DNA of 64,000 bases from a bacterium. GTDB taxonomy: Bacteria; UBA8248. The stretch's first letter is position 1. Every line of letters begins with the position of its first letter. The DNA lies in the NCBI GenBank assembly GCA_963692865.2, contig OY843592.1:3808001-3872000 (forward strand). The letters run 5' to 3'. Shown piece by piece: positions 38,277 to 48,044 of the stretch. Under the pieces are notes generated by a model that was not told the DNA's origin, searched no databases, and saw nothing but the letters and a program-made list of their open reading frames with translations. A program made the position numbers and the translations under genes.

Positions 38277-40411
38277 GGGGCCGTCTCCTCCCGCGCCACG
38301 GGCGGCTGATTACGGCCTCTCAGCAAGACCACCGACTCTCCGGCGAGAAGATAGGAATCGCCCGCGTGAATCCGCCGGTTCCACCCTTTTTCATCGACCT
38401 GGGATGTATCCATCACCACGGTCCACCTCCTGTTTCTGTCTTCCTCGAGGAAAACGAAGGGAATCGCTTCGTGATGCGCGTTCATGAGCACCATGAAGGT
38501 ATCACGATTCCCGGCCCCATGCCGAGAAAAAAGGCGCCTCTCTTCCGCTCCCCACAACCTGAAACCGAAACATTTCATGTAGTGCACATCCCACTCGTGC
38601 GCCCTCAACTCATGGCCCAGATGATGGAGCCAGACGAGTTCGGGTCTTTCCGTCTCGCGCAGGCTTTTTTGCGGAAAAAACGCCGTGCGCCGGAACGCAG
38701 GCCGGGTCCTGGTCCAACGGATGAGGTTCTGGACGAAAGAAAGCAGATCTGCGTTTTTTTCCGCCAATTCCCAATCCACCCAGGACGTCTCGTTGTCCTG
38801 GCAATAGGCGTTGTTGTTCCCCGACTGGGTGCGGCCGAACTCGTCTCCCGCCTGGAGCATCGGCACGCCCTGGGCGAGGAACAGGCTCGCGAGCAGATTC
38901 TTCTTGCGCCGCGCGCGCATGGCCGATACGAAGGGGTCGTCCGTCGAACCCTCCACACCCCCGTTCCAGCTATGGTTCTCGTCCGCGCCGTCTCTGCTCC
39001 CCTCCCCGTTCGCGCCGTTGTGCTTGTGCTGATGGCTCACCAGGTCTTCCAGTGTGAAGCCGTCATGACAGGCGATGAAATTCAGGCTCGCCTGGGGCGT
39101 CCGTCCACCGGCCTCGAAAACGTCGCTGCTTCCCGTCAGGCGCGTGGCGAACTCCGCCGCCTGGCCGAAGTCCGCGCGCCAGAACCGGCGCGCCGCGTCC
39201 CGGAACTCCCCGTTCCACTCCGTCCAGCCCTTCGGGAAATTTCCCAGCTGATACCCCCGATCGCCCAGGTCCCAGGGTTCGGCGATGAGCTTGCGCTTCG
39301 AGAGCGCCGGGTCGGCCGCGACCGCCTTGAAAAATGCGGATTCGGGGTCGAAGCCCCTCCCGCTGCGCGCGAGGGAGGGAGCGAGGTCGAACCGGAAACC
39401 ATCGACGTGAAATTCCTCCGCCCAGCAGCGCAGGCTGTCTGTGATGAGGCGCAGGACCGCCGGATGCGAGGCGTTCAGGGAATTGCCGCAGCCCGTGGTG
39501 TCGACGTAGCGGCTCTCATCCTCAGGATCCACGCGGTAATAGACCCGGTTGTCGAGCCCGCGAAACGACAGGTGCGGCCCCCTGAAATCCCCCTCTCCGG
39601 TGTGGTTGTAGGCCACGTCCAGGATCACCTCGATCCCCGCCCGGTGATACGCCTTGACCATCTCCTTGAACTCATCGACCTGGCCGCCCCTGTCGCCGCG
39701 GGTGGAAAAGCGCGCGTCGGGCGCGAAAAAGCCTATCGTCGCGTACCCCCAGTAATTGGAAAGCCCCAGTTGGTGGAGACGATGCTCCGAGACCCGGTGA
39801 TGAACGGGCAAAAGCTCTATGGCCGTCACGCCCAAATTTTTCAGGTATTCCACCACGGCCGGATGGGCAAGGCCCGAATAGGAGCCCCTGATCTCCTCAG
39901 GCACGCCTGGATGCCGCACGGTGAAGCCCTTGACGTGCAACTCGTAGACGACGGTCTCGGACCAGGGCGTCCCGGGCGGGGTGACGCCCTCCCAATCGAA
40001 GGAGGAATCCACGAGCACGCTTTTTGGCGCCGCGTGGGCGTTGTCCCCGGCGTCGAAATGGCCGATGTCGCCATGCCCGTAGCCGTACATCTCCTCGCAC
40101 CAGTGAACGTCTCCCGAAATCGCCCGCGCATAAGGGTCCAGCAGCACCTTGTGGGGGTTGAAGCGATGCCCCTGCGCAGGCGCATAGGGGCCGTGGGCGC
40201 GGAACCCGTAGGGACGGCCCGCCCCCAGGCCTTCCACCTCCACGCGCCAGACGCCGCCCTCTCGTTCGAGGGGAATCCGCGCCGTCTCCCGGCGGTGATC
40301 ATCCTCATCGAACAGGCATAGCTCGACCCCCTGCGCGTTCTCAGAGAAAACGGAAAAGCGCGCGCCCCCGTCTATCCATTCGGCGCCCAGGCGCCCCTCC
40401 GGCTGACTCAT
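38273..40411 (-). CDS. glgX: Glycogen debranching enzyme
   Basis: NYWGY, DGFRFDLA, IAEPWD, HDGFTL and GNNNAYCQDN motifs. Confidence 0.95.
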   Translation of the reverse strand: MSQPEGRLGAEWIDGGARFSVFSENAQGVELCLFDEDDHRRETARIPLEREGGVWRVEVEGLGAGRPYGFRAHGPYAPAQGHRFNPHKVLLDPYARAISGDVHWCEEMYGYGHGDIGHFDAGDNAHAAPKSVLVDSSFDWEGVTPPGTPWSETVVYELHVKGFTVRHPGVPEEIRGSYSGLAHPAVVEYLKNLGVTAIELLPVHHRVSEHRLHQLGLSNYWGYATIGFFAPDARFSTRGDRGGQVDEFKEMVKAYHRAGIEVILDVAYNHTGEGDFRGPHLSFRGLDNRVYYRVDPEDESRYVDTTGCGNSLNASHPAVLRLITDSLRCWAEEFHVDGFRFDLAPSLARSGRGFDPESAFFKAVAADPALSKRKLIAEPWDLGDRGYQLGNFPKGWTEWNGEFRDAARRFWRADFGQAAEFATRLTGSSDVFEAGGRTPQASLNFIACHDGFTLEDLVSHQHKHNGANGEGSRDGADENHSWNGGVEGSTDDPFVSAMRARRKKNLLASLFLAQGVPMLQAGDEFGRTQSGNNNAYCQDNETSWVDWELAEKNADLLSFVQNLIRWTRTRPAFRRTAFFPQKSLRETERPELVWLHHLGHELRAHEWDVHYMKCFGFRLWGAEERRLFSRHGAGNRDTFMVLMNAHHEAIPFVFLEEDRNRRWTVVMDTSQVDEKGWNRRIHAGDSYLLAGESVVLLRGRNQPPVAREETAP

Positions 40412-40657
40412 CTTTACCTTGCCTTGAAAATTTCACCGTTTTTCACGAACGAACCGCGAGTCGTCGCGACGCATCTGCTCCACAATACGCCATCCTACAC
40501 GAATTTTGTTGTGGTTTTGTTACAAGGGCTTGCCCCGCGCGTGAACTTGCCGACGCGGCATCGGGCCCTGTTTCACCTTTTCCCGGGATAAGCTGTAGAA
40601 TCCCCTCCTCCATCGAAAAGTCGAAACAGCGGAATCCATGCCATAAGGGAGAGCATC

Positions 40658-41827
40658 TTGAAGATCATCGAGGTTCGCGAGACGGTGGTTCCCATCCAGT
40701 CGGACTTGAGAAACGCCTTCATCGATTTTTCCCTGATGACGGTGAGCGTCGCCGCGCTCGTCACGGACGTGGTGCGCGGCGGCAGGCGCGTCGTCGGCTT
40801 CGGCTTCAACTCGAACGGACGCTACGCCCAGCAGGGGCTCTTGCGCGAGCGCTTCATCCCCAGGCTCCGGGAGGCGGAGCCCGAAACCCTGCTCAACGAG
40901 GAAGGCTCGAACTTCGACCCGTCCAAAATCTGGGACTGCATGATGAAGAACGAAAAGCCCGGCGGGCACGGCGACCGCTCCGTCGCCGTGGGCATCATCG
41001 ACATGGCGGTATGGGACATGGTGGCCAAGATCGAGGAAAAGCCCCTCTACCGCCACCTGGCGGACGCCTACCGCGGCGGAGAGTGCGACGAGAAGGTATC
41101 GGTCTACGCCGCCGGTGGCTACTACTACCCGGGCAAAGACGTAAATGCCCTCCAGAACGAGATGCGAAGCTATCTGGAGCGCGGCTACACCACCGTCAAG
41201 ATGAAGATAGGCGGCGAATCGCTCGACGACGACATCAGGAGAATCGAAGCGGTGCTAGAGGTCGTTGGCGAGGGGCGCAACCTCGCGGTGGACGCAAACG
41301 GGAAATTCGATCTGGAGACCGCCGTCGCCTACGCGGAGGCGCTCGCGCCCTACGATCTGCACTGGTACGAGGAGGCGGGCGACCCGCTCGATTACGCGCT
41401 CCAGGCCGAACTCGCCGGGCACTACGACAATCCCATGGCGACGGGGGAGAACCTCTTCTCCACCCAGGACGCGAGAAACCTGATCCGCTACGGGGGGATG
41501 CGGCCCGGCGTGGACATCCTGCAGTTCGACTGCGCGCTCAGCTACGGCCTGGTGGAATACCTGAGAACGCTCGATATGGCGGAGGCGCACGGCTGGTCGG
41601 CCCGCTCGTTCATCCCCCACGGCGGACACCAACTCTCACTCAACATCGCGGGCGGTCTGGGCCTGGGCGGCAGCGAGTCCTACCCCGACGTGTTCAAGCC
41701 CTTCAACGGCTTCGCCGACGGCGTGGCGGTGGAAGACGGCTACGTCGGTTTTCCCGACCTGCCCGGCCTCGGCATCGAGGACAAGGCGGCGCTCAAGGAC
41801 GTGCTGAAGGAGCTCTCCGAAACCTAG
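40658..41827 (+). CDS. tarD: Enolase-superfamily dehydratase, D-tartrate dehydratase-like
   Basis: RNAFIDF, GFNSNGRY, KPGGHG, KMKIGG and PHGGHQ match the TarD subfamily as I recall it. Confidence 0.8.
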   Translation: MKIIEVRETVVPIQSDLRNAFIDFSLMTVSVAALVTDVVRGGRRVVGFGFNSNGRYAQQGLLRERFIPRLREAEPETLLNEEGSNFDPSKIWDCMMKNEKPGGHGDRSVAVGIIDMAVWDMVAKIEEKPLYRHLADAYRGGECDEKVSVYAAGGYYYPGKDVNALQNEMRSYLERGYTTVKMKIGGESLDDDIRRIEAVLEVVGEGRNLAVDANGKFDLETAVAYAEALAPYDLHWYEEAGDPLDYALQAELAGHYDNPMATGENLFSTQDARNLIRYGGMRPGVDILQFDCALSYGLVEYLRTLDMAEAHGWSARSFIPHGGHQLSLNIAGGLGLGGSESYPDVFKPFNGFADGVAVEDGYVGFPDLPGLGIEDKAALKDVLKELSET

Positions 41828-41848
41828 ACGAACTCGGGCATCACCGCC

Positions 41849-43153
41849 TCACGACACCCGAAGCGCGACCCGGTGCATCGTGTTGTTGAGGTACCCCTTC
41901 GGGTTCCAGTCGATGGCGTGGGGCTGCATCACCCCCGCGCTGTCTATCGCCCGCGCCCAGACCTCGTAGTACCCGGCTTCCGGGAATCTGATATCGGCGC
42001 GGAAATTTTGCCAGGCGCCGTCGTTCACGGGAGCGTCCAGCGCAGCCGGTTTCCAGGTCGCGCCGAAATCATGGGAGAGCTCGACCGAGGCAACCGTCCG
42101 GTCTCCCGACCAGGCATGACCGCGCACTTGGGCGGCGCGTCCTACAGCCGCCCCGTTCGCGGGCTGCGTGATCAGCGATTTGACGGGCATCCGCTCGATG
42201 ATGACGAAATCTTTCTCCTCCACTTTCTCGCCCGGCTCGATTCTGTATCGCGGTACGCGGTAGGAGGTCCCCGTCATCTTGGGGCCATCGTGCACGACGT
42301 CTCGGAGGTAGATGCGCCGGAGCCATTTCTGCGAGCAAGACCCCGGCCAGCCGGGAACGACGAGCCGCAGCGGCGCCCCGTTCATCGGATGAATGGGTCC
42401 GCCATTCTGGCCGAAGGCGATGAGCACGCCCTCCGTCATCGCCTTGGCGATCGGCACGCCGCGCGAGATGGGCAGCTTGCCTGGCTCGCCGGAGAGGTCC
42501 CCGTCTGCGCCGACGTGGGCGGTGTAGACGACGCCGGGCCGCACGCCGGCCGCCGCCAGCACGTCCTTGAGCCGCACGCCCGTCCACTTAGAACAGGCGA
42601 CCGCCCCGTGGGTCCACTGGCTGCCCTTCACCGGCGGGTTGAAGAAGGCCCGCCCGTTGCCCCCGCATTCGATGACGAGGGCCATCGTGACGACCTCGAA
42701 CCTCGAACGAAGTTCGGCGATAGACAAGGTCATGGGGCGCTCCACGAGGCCATCGACGGTGAGGGTCCAGGATTTCGCCGACGCTTCCGGGGGCGGAACG
42801 CCGTTGTTGCGGATGAAGTGACGGGATGTCGGGGTGATCGGGTCGTCGAGCAGATGCGGCGGCGTTTCGGCGTTGAGCGGCCGCTCGTTCAGCAGCGTCA
42901 GGCCATCTTTTCCGACAAGCGCCTTCTCGTCGGCGAATGCCGCCGGAATGAACCCCGACGGCATGTTACGGTGAAACGGAATCCCCGCGCCCACCATCGC
43001 CGCCATGGCGGCAAGCCCGGCGCCCCGCAGAAAGCCGCGCCGATCGAGATACGACTTTCGCCCGAAGAAGGCGCTGTCCGCCGCTATCGGGTCAGCGGCA
43101 AAGAATTCGTGAATATCCGGGGTCTCAGAAGATGCGGATTTGTCTCCAGGCAC
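41849..43153 (-). CDS. Tat-exported molybdopterin sulfite oxidase/dehydrogenase
   Basis: DRRGFL signal, FIRNNG, IECGGNGR, PLRLVVPGWPG and WNPKGY motifs. Confidence 0.9.
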   Translation of the reverse strand: MPGDKSASSETPDIHEFFAADPIAADSAFFGRKSYLDRRGFLRGAGLAAMAAMVGAGIPFHRNMPSGFIPAAFADEKALVGKDGLTLLNERPLNAETPPHLLDDPITPTSRHFIRNNGVPPPEASAKSWTLTVDGLVERPMTLSIAELRSRFEVVTMALVIECGGNGRAFFNPPVKGSQWTHGAVACSKWTGVRLKDVLAAAGVRPGVVYTAHVGADGDLSGEPGKLPISRGVPIAKAMTEGVLIAFGQNGGPIHPMNGAPLRLVVPGWPGSCSQKWLRRIYLRDVVHDGPKMTGTSYRVPRYRIEPGEKVEEKDFVIIERMPVKSLITQPANGAAVGRAAQVRGHAWSGDRTVASVELSHDFGATWKPAALDAPVNDGAWQNFRADIRFPEAGYYEVWARAIDSAGVMQPHAIDWNPKGYLNNTMHRVALRVS

Positions 43154-43201
43154 AATGCTCTCCCATTACCGAAATCCTTTGAGAGAAAATCTTCGCGCAT
43201 T

Positions 43202-44206
43202 CTAAACGAACTCGGGCATCACCTCTTCGGCGAAGCGCTCGAGCGTCCGCAGTACGAGTTCCTGCGGCATCCCCGGCCACTGCACGCGGAACGCCATGTG
43301 GTCGACGCCCAACTCGTCGCGGTGGCGCCTGATGTCCTCGGCCACGTCCTCCGCCGAGCCGATGAGGAACCTGTCGGAGCGCAATTCATCAAGCGGCATC
43401 CGCAGCGTGTCGCTGCTCGGCAGCGCCTCGCTCTGGCCCCATTTCACGTAGACGTCGTATTTGACCGCCAGATACTCCGCGCACTCGCGAAAGGCGCTCT
43501 CCCTGTCCGCGCCGATGAACATCTCCTTGATGACGGGCGTCGCATCGGGCGCGCCCTTGCCGAGGGCTTCGCGCTCAGCGTGAAACATCTCCATCTGGCG
43601 CTTCAGGGTGTCGAAGCGCGCATGGGGGTTCAGGAACCACGCCTCTCCCATCCTGGCCGCGCGCTTCACCGCGCCGTCGCCGTTCGCCGCTATCCAGATG
43701 GGGGGCCTGGGCTTCTGGATGGGCCGCATGGTGAGGTTCACGTCTTCGAGGTTCACCACTTCGCCCTCGTAATCGAGCGTCCCCTCTTCGAGCAGGCGGG
43801 TGACGGCTTCGAGTTTCTCCTCGAACGCCTTCACGCGCCAGGGTTTCGTGAGGCCGAACGCGCGGTATTCGGGTTCGCGGTAGCCCAGCCCCACGCCGAG
43901 CACGAAGCGGCCCTTCGTCATGGCGTCGAGCGTGGCGACCTGCTCCGCCACGTCCACCGGGTTGTGAAGCGCCAAAAGCAAAATTCCCGTGCCGACCGTC
44001 ATATCGCCCGCGTGGGCCGCCACCTGGGCGACGCTCGGCCAGGTCTGCATCATCCACACGCCCTCGGTGAGGTAGTGCTGTCCGCACCACACGCTGTGAA
44101 AGCCCAAATCTCTAATCAGGCGCACCTGCTCCAGATGTTCCTCCCAGCGCCCGGCGGGGTCGTCCCCCAAAGCGTGCTGGTTCATGACGAACATGCCGAA
44201 TTTCAT
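43202..44206 (-). CDS. LLM-class oxidoreductase (possibly F420-dependent)
   Basis: WCGQHY, NPVDVAEQVATLD, GVGLGYR and PRPPIWIA motifs. Confidence 0.9.
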   Translation of the reverse strand: MKFGMFVMNQHALGDDPAGRWEEHLEQVRLIRDLGFHSVWCGQHYLTEGVWMMQTWPSVAQVAAHAGDMTVGTGILLLALHNPVDVAEQVATLDAMTKGRFVLGVGLGYREPEYRAFGLTKPWRVKAFEEKLEAVTRLLEEGTLDYEGEVVNLEDVNLTMRPIQKPRPPIWIAANGDGAVKRAARMGEAWFLNPHARFDTLKRQMEMFHAEREALGKGAPDATPVIKEMFIGADRESAFRECAEYLAVKYDVYVKWGQSEALPSSDTLRMPLDELRSDRFLIGSAEDVAEDIRRHRDELGVDHMAFRVQWPGMPQELVLRTLERFAEEVMPEFV

Positions 44207-44228
44207 ATCACCCTCTCGTTTTGTCTTG

Positions 44229-45134
44229 TCAGTCCTTGGTTCCGAAATCATCGGCCAGGGCGATCACCTTCTCCGCCGCCTCGACCACGGGGTAGTCGAT
44301 CATGCGCCCGCCGACGGAGACGCTCGCCTCCCCGCGCGCCGTCGCCTCCTCGAAGGCGGCGACCACCTCGCGCGCCTTTTCGACTTCTTCTCTCGTCGGC
44401 GTGAAGGCGTGGTTCACGACTTCCACCTGCCTGGGGTGGATGCAGAACTTACCGAACATGCCGAGCGCGCGGCACCGCACGGCGCTGGCCGCGAGGCCCT
44501 CCTGATCGTCCAGGGCGATCCAGACCGTGTCGAGCGGTTTCTCGAGACCTGCGCTGCGCGAGGCCACCGCGATTCGAGAGCGCGGGTAGTCGAAGGTGAA
44601 CTCATCAAGCGGCCACTCGACGTCCAGATCGTTGGTGTAGTCCCCCGCCCCGAAGGCGAGCTGGAAACGACGCTCTCCCGTATCGGCGGAGGCGATGGAG
44701 AAGGCGTCCTCCACGCCCCTTGCGTTCTCGAGGATGGCGAGCAGATGCGCGCTCCCCGCTTCACGGCCCGCCGCTCTCTCCGCATCGCGGATGAGCCTGT
44801 CGGCCGCCAGTATCTGGCCGGGGTTCTCCGCCTTGGGCAGCACGATTCCCCGGAGCGCAGGCCCCACCACCGCCGCGATGTCCTCCGCCCCGCAGGCGAC
44901 AGAAAAGCCCGTCACGTCGTCCAGCGGATTCACGCGCACGAAAACGTCCGCCCCGTCCTCTTCGGCTATCGTCTCTACCGCCGCCCCGAGCGCGGCGCGC
45001 GTCGAGTCCTTCTCATCGGCGGGCACGGCGTCTTCCAGGTCCAGAACGACGGCGTCGGCCCCGGCCTTGCCCACTTTCTGGAGCATTCTCTCCCTGTTCC
45101 CGGGGGCGAACAGAATCGTCCGGTAGAGTTTCAT
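44229..45134 (-). CDS. CitE/malyl-CoA lyase-family CoA ester lyase
   Basis: LFAPGN, LDLEDAV, VRVN, CIHPRQ and GRMIDYP motifs. Confidence 0.9.
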   Translation of the reverse strand: MKLYRTILFAPGNRERMLQKVGKAGADAVVLDLEDAVPADEKDSTRAALGAAVETIAEEDGADVFVRVNPLDDVTGFSVACGAEDIAAVVGPALRGIVLPKAENPGQILAADRLIRDAERAAGREAGSAHLLAILENARGVEDAFSIASADTGERRFQLAFGAGDYTNDLDVEWPLDEFTFDYPRSRIAVASRSAGLEKPLDTVWIALDDQEGLAASAVRCRALGMFGKFCIHPRQVEVVNHAFTPTREEVEKAREVVAAFEEATARGEASVSVGGRMIDYPVVEAAEKVIALADDFGTKD

Positions 45135-45197
45135 ACGTGTTTCTCCTTTTCCTTCATTATCGAAGATGACGTGTTTTTACCCCCGATGGCGGCACTT

Positions 45198-45306
45198 GCC
45201 AAGCCGGGCGAGGCGCCAGAATCCCACGTCGCCAGAACCGAGGGACCGGACTCGACCATCAACGCCTTCACGAGAACCACCTTCGAGCTCGCCGGGGAAC
45301 AGGCGG
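45198..45306 (+). repeat. Degenerate 109-bp copy of the amidase 5' coding region (46430-46538)
   Basis: Encodes HVARTEGPDSTINAFTRTTFELAGEQA versus HIARTEKLDSTINAFTRTTFDLAREQA. Confidence 0.85.
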
Positions 45307-45415
45307 CTCCAGCCCGGCCCGGCCGTCGCCACACGGCAAGGTATCGAGAGCAGTGATCGCCGGATGAGAGGCGGGCATCGGGACGCCTACCGTTCCACGA
45401 CGCCGCAACGCCGGC

Positions 45416-45730
45416 TCACGCGGACCTCGCATCCGCCAACCGTTTCTCCCCGGCCTGCTCCCTGCGAACCTGGGCCAGTTCGTAGCTCGCCTGCATGCGC
45501 ATCCAGTGGTCGGCGGTCCCCCAGCCGATGCGCTCCAGCGCGAGCGCCATGTTGGCGGACACGCCCGCCCTTCCGTTCAGCAGGCGTGAAAGCGTCCCGC
45601 GCTCGCAACCCAGGCGGGCCGCCGCCTCGGTAACGCTCCAGCCGACCTCTTCCATGCTCTCGCGGATCAGTTCGCCCGGATGCGGCGGGTTCAGCATCGG
45701 GCCCGCGCGTTCGCCTTCGCTCCCGTTCAT
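45416..45730 (-). CDS. higA: HigA antitoxin
   Basis: [13 protein letters not shown] domain, W.RMQASYEL. Confidence 0.92.
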   Translation of the reverse strand: MNGSEGERAGPMLNPPHPGELIRESMEEVGWSVTEAAARLGCERGTLSRLLNGRAGVSANMALALERIGWGTADHWMRMQASYELAQVRREQAGEKRLADARSA

Positions 45731-45747
45731 CGCTCGCCTCCTTCCCG

Positions 45748-46020
45748 TCAATGGTAGTCTACCAGGTCCACGCCCACGGCTTCTCCGTCCTCGAACCGGA
45801 ACACCACGCGCCAGTTGCCGGAAACGCGCACGCTCCACTCGCCCGCCCGGTCGCCCTTCAAGGGGTGCAGCCGGAAGCCCGGCGCGTCCGCATCACCCGG
45901 GCGCGCCGCCTCCTGCAGCCGAAACAGGATGCGCCTGAGCCGCGGCGTCAAATCGGCCGGTAGCCGCGCCGGGTCGTCCCGTTCGTGGAGCGCCCGCAAA
46001 CCCTTGTGCCTGATCTTCAT
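45748..46020 (-). CDS. higB: HigB (RelE-family) toxin
   Basis: IRHKGLR and [26 protein letters not shown] motifs. Confidence 0.92.
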   Translation of the reverse strand: MKIRHKGLRALHERDDPARLPADLTPRLRRILFRLQEAARPGDADAPGFRLHPLKGDRAGEWSVRVSGNWRVVFRFEDGEAVGVDLVDYH

Positions 46021-46026
46021 GGCGTT

Positions 46027-46055
46027 ATTGTAACGTATAGCGCTACACGCTGCAA
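46027..46055 (-). promoter_or_regulatory. higBA promoter with overlapping palindromic operator; probably leaderless
   Basis: TTGCAG-N17-TACAAT ending 6 nt before the ATG; TGTAACG-N5-CGCTACA at 46029-46047. Confidence 0.7.
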
Positions 46056-46363
46056 GCGAAACGTCTTGCGCCGGCTCGCCACCATGAGAATTGATCGAGT
46101 GTGGCGAAACTCTATCGGCGCCACACTCGCTCTTGCGGAGACGGCGCGCGCGGGAGTCGACGCGAGAACACCGGAATGCGCCGTCCGATCGCCTGAGCGG
46201 CCCGGAAACACGGTACGGACGCCCTTTGCGGTTGGTCCTCACCCCTGAAGCGCCGGTGGGATATCATTGCGTTTTCGCATGAAGCCCCGCCTTCGTTTCG
46301 GCCCCGCGCCATCTCGAATATAATCCCGCTAAATCGACGAGCAACTTTTTCTGGAGCGACCCC

Positions 46364-48037
46364 ATGAACCCCGACGAACTGCTGCACCGCCCCATCACGG
46401 AACTGTCTTCTCTCATCGAAGGCGGCGAAGCGAAGCCGAGCGAGATTGTTGAAGCCCACATCGCCAGAACCGAGAAGCTGGACTCGACGATCAACGCTTT
46501 CACGAGAACCACCTTCGACCTCGCCAGGGAACAGGCGGAGCGGCTGGACTCAGAACTCTTGGAGGGAAACTACCGGGGGCCGCTCCACGGGATCCCCGTC
46601 GCGCTCAAGGACCTGTTCGACCTGAAAGGCCACCCCACCACGGCGGGCAGCCGGATTCTGGGGAAAACCGCGGCGAGCGAAACGGCGGAGCCCGTGCGCA
46701 GGCTCATCGAAGCCGGGGCGGTGATAGTCGGGAAGACGAACCTGCAGGAATTCGCGCGCGGCGGCACCGGGGCTAACAGCGCGTTCGGCCCGGCGCGAAA
46801 CCCCTGGAGTCTGGACCACACGCCGGGCGGAAGCAGCAGCGGGTCGGCCGCCTGCGTGGCGGCGGGGATGGCGGCGGCCGCGCTCGGCTCCGACACCGGC
46901 GGCTCGGTGCGCCTGCCCGCCTCGTTCTGCAATCTGGCGGGCATCCGCTCCACCTATGGCCGGGTGAGCAGGGCCGGGGCCGTGCCGCTGGGGCTCAGCT
47001 TCGACAACGTGGGCCCCCTCGCCCGAACGGTGGAGGACGCCGCCCTCATCCTGGGAGCCATCGCAGGCCCGGACCCCAGGGACCCGACGACGGGAACCGG
47101 GCCCGCGCCCGATTTCCTGGAGACCGTGAACGAGGGCGTGCGCGGCATGACGCTGGGCGTCCCGACGAACCATTTCTGGCCGGGCGAGGACACGGAAGCG
47201 GAAGCCGTCGTGCGCGAGGCCATCGCGCGGTTCGAGAAGCTGGGCGCAAAAATCGCGGAAGTGGAAATCCCCTGGGCGCGGCTCGGCCAGGTCGCCTACG
47301 CCGCAACCGTGGGGCCGGAGGGCGCGGAATACCACCGGAAATTCCTCGAAAACCACCGGGATGGATACGTCTCGCCCGGAGCGGATTTTTTCGAGTACAG
47401 CCTCTTCATCCCGGGCTGGCGGTACGTGCAGGCGCAAAAGGCGAGAACCTTCTTCATCCGGCAGGCGGCGGAGGTTTTCAGAAAGGTGGACGCCGTGCTC
47501 ACGCCCACCGTCGCCATAGCGCCGCCCACCATCGCGGATTGTCTGGACGGCATGAAAATGTGGCCGGTGGTGAGCGACAACACGGCCGCCTTCAGCACCA
47601 TCGGCAACCCCGCGCTTCAGGTCCCTTGCGGGTTCACGAAAAAGCGCCTGCCCGTCGGCCTTCAGGTTGCGGGCAGATGGGGGGACGAGGCGCGCCTTTT
47701 CCGAATCGGCAAGGCATTGGAGGCCGACAATCCGCTCTGGCGAACGAGGCCGCCCGAGGTCGACGAGCAGCCGCCTCCTCAAGAATTCCCAGAACCACCC
47801 GCCTCAACGTCACAAGAAACTCGGGAGTCAGAGGCCGCCGCCCACGTTCTGGCCATGGCGAAAACCATGGGCTATGCGATTGATTTGGATAAAATCTCAC
47901 CGGAGGCGCTCGAACAGGGCGTCACGAACATGCTCGCGGGACTGGAAAAACTGGACGACCTCGATCTGGATGATTGCGAGCGCGCCGAGACGCTGAACCT
48001 GCTGGAGATGGATTTCGACTCGATCCCTAGCCCGTAA
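46364..48037 (+). CDS. Amidase-signature enzyme with C-terminal extension
   Basis: LKDL, GGSSSGSA and GSDTGGSVR (K-cisS-S triad). Confidence 0.92.
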   Translation: MNPDELLHRPITELSSLIEGGEAKPSEIVEAHIARTEKLDSTINAFTRTTFDLAREQAERLDSELLEGNYRGPLHGIPVALKDLFDLKGHPTTAGSRILGKTAASETAEPVRRLIEAGAVIVGKTNLQEFARGGTGANSAFGPARNPWSLDHTPGGSSSGSAACVAAGMAAAALGSDTGGSVRLPASFCNLAGIRSTYGRVSRAGAVPLGLSFDNVGPLARTVEDAALILGAIAGPDPRDPTTGTGPAPDFLETVNEGVRGMTLGVPTNHFWPGEDTEAEAVVREAIARFEKLGAKIAEVEIPWARLGQVAYAATVGPEGAEYHRKFLENHRDGYVSPGADFFEYSLFIPGWRYVQAQKARTFFIRQAAEVFRKVDAVLTPTVAIAPPTIADCLDGMKMWPVVSDNTAAFSTIGNPALQVPCGFTKKRLPVGLQVAGRWGDEARLFRIGKALEADNPLWRTRPPEVDEQPPPQEFPEPPASTSQETRESEAAAHVLAMAKTMGYAIDLDKISPEALEQGVTNMLAGLEKLDDLDLDDCERAETLNLLEMDFDSIPSP

Positions 48038-48044
48038 GAAATGC

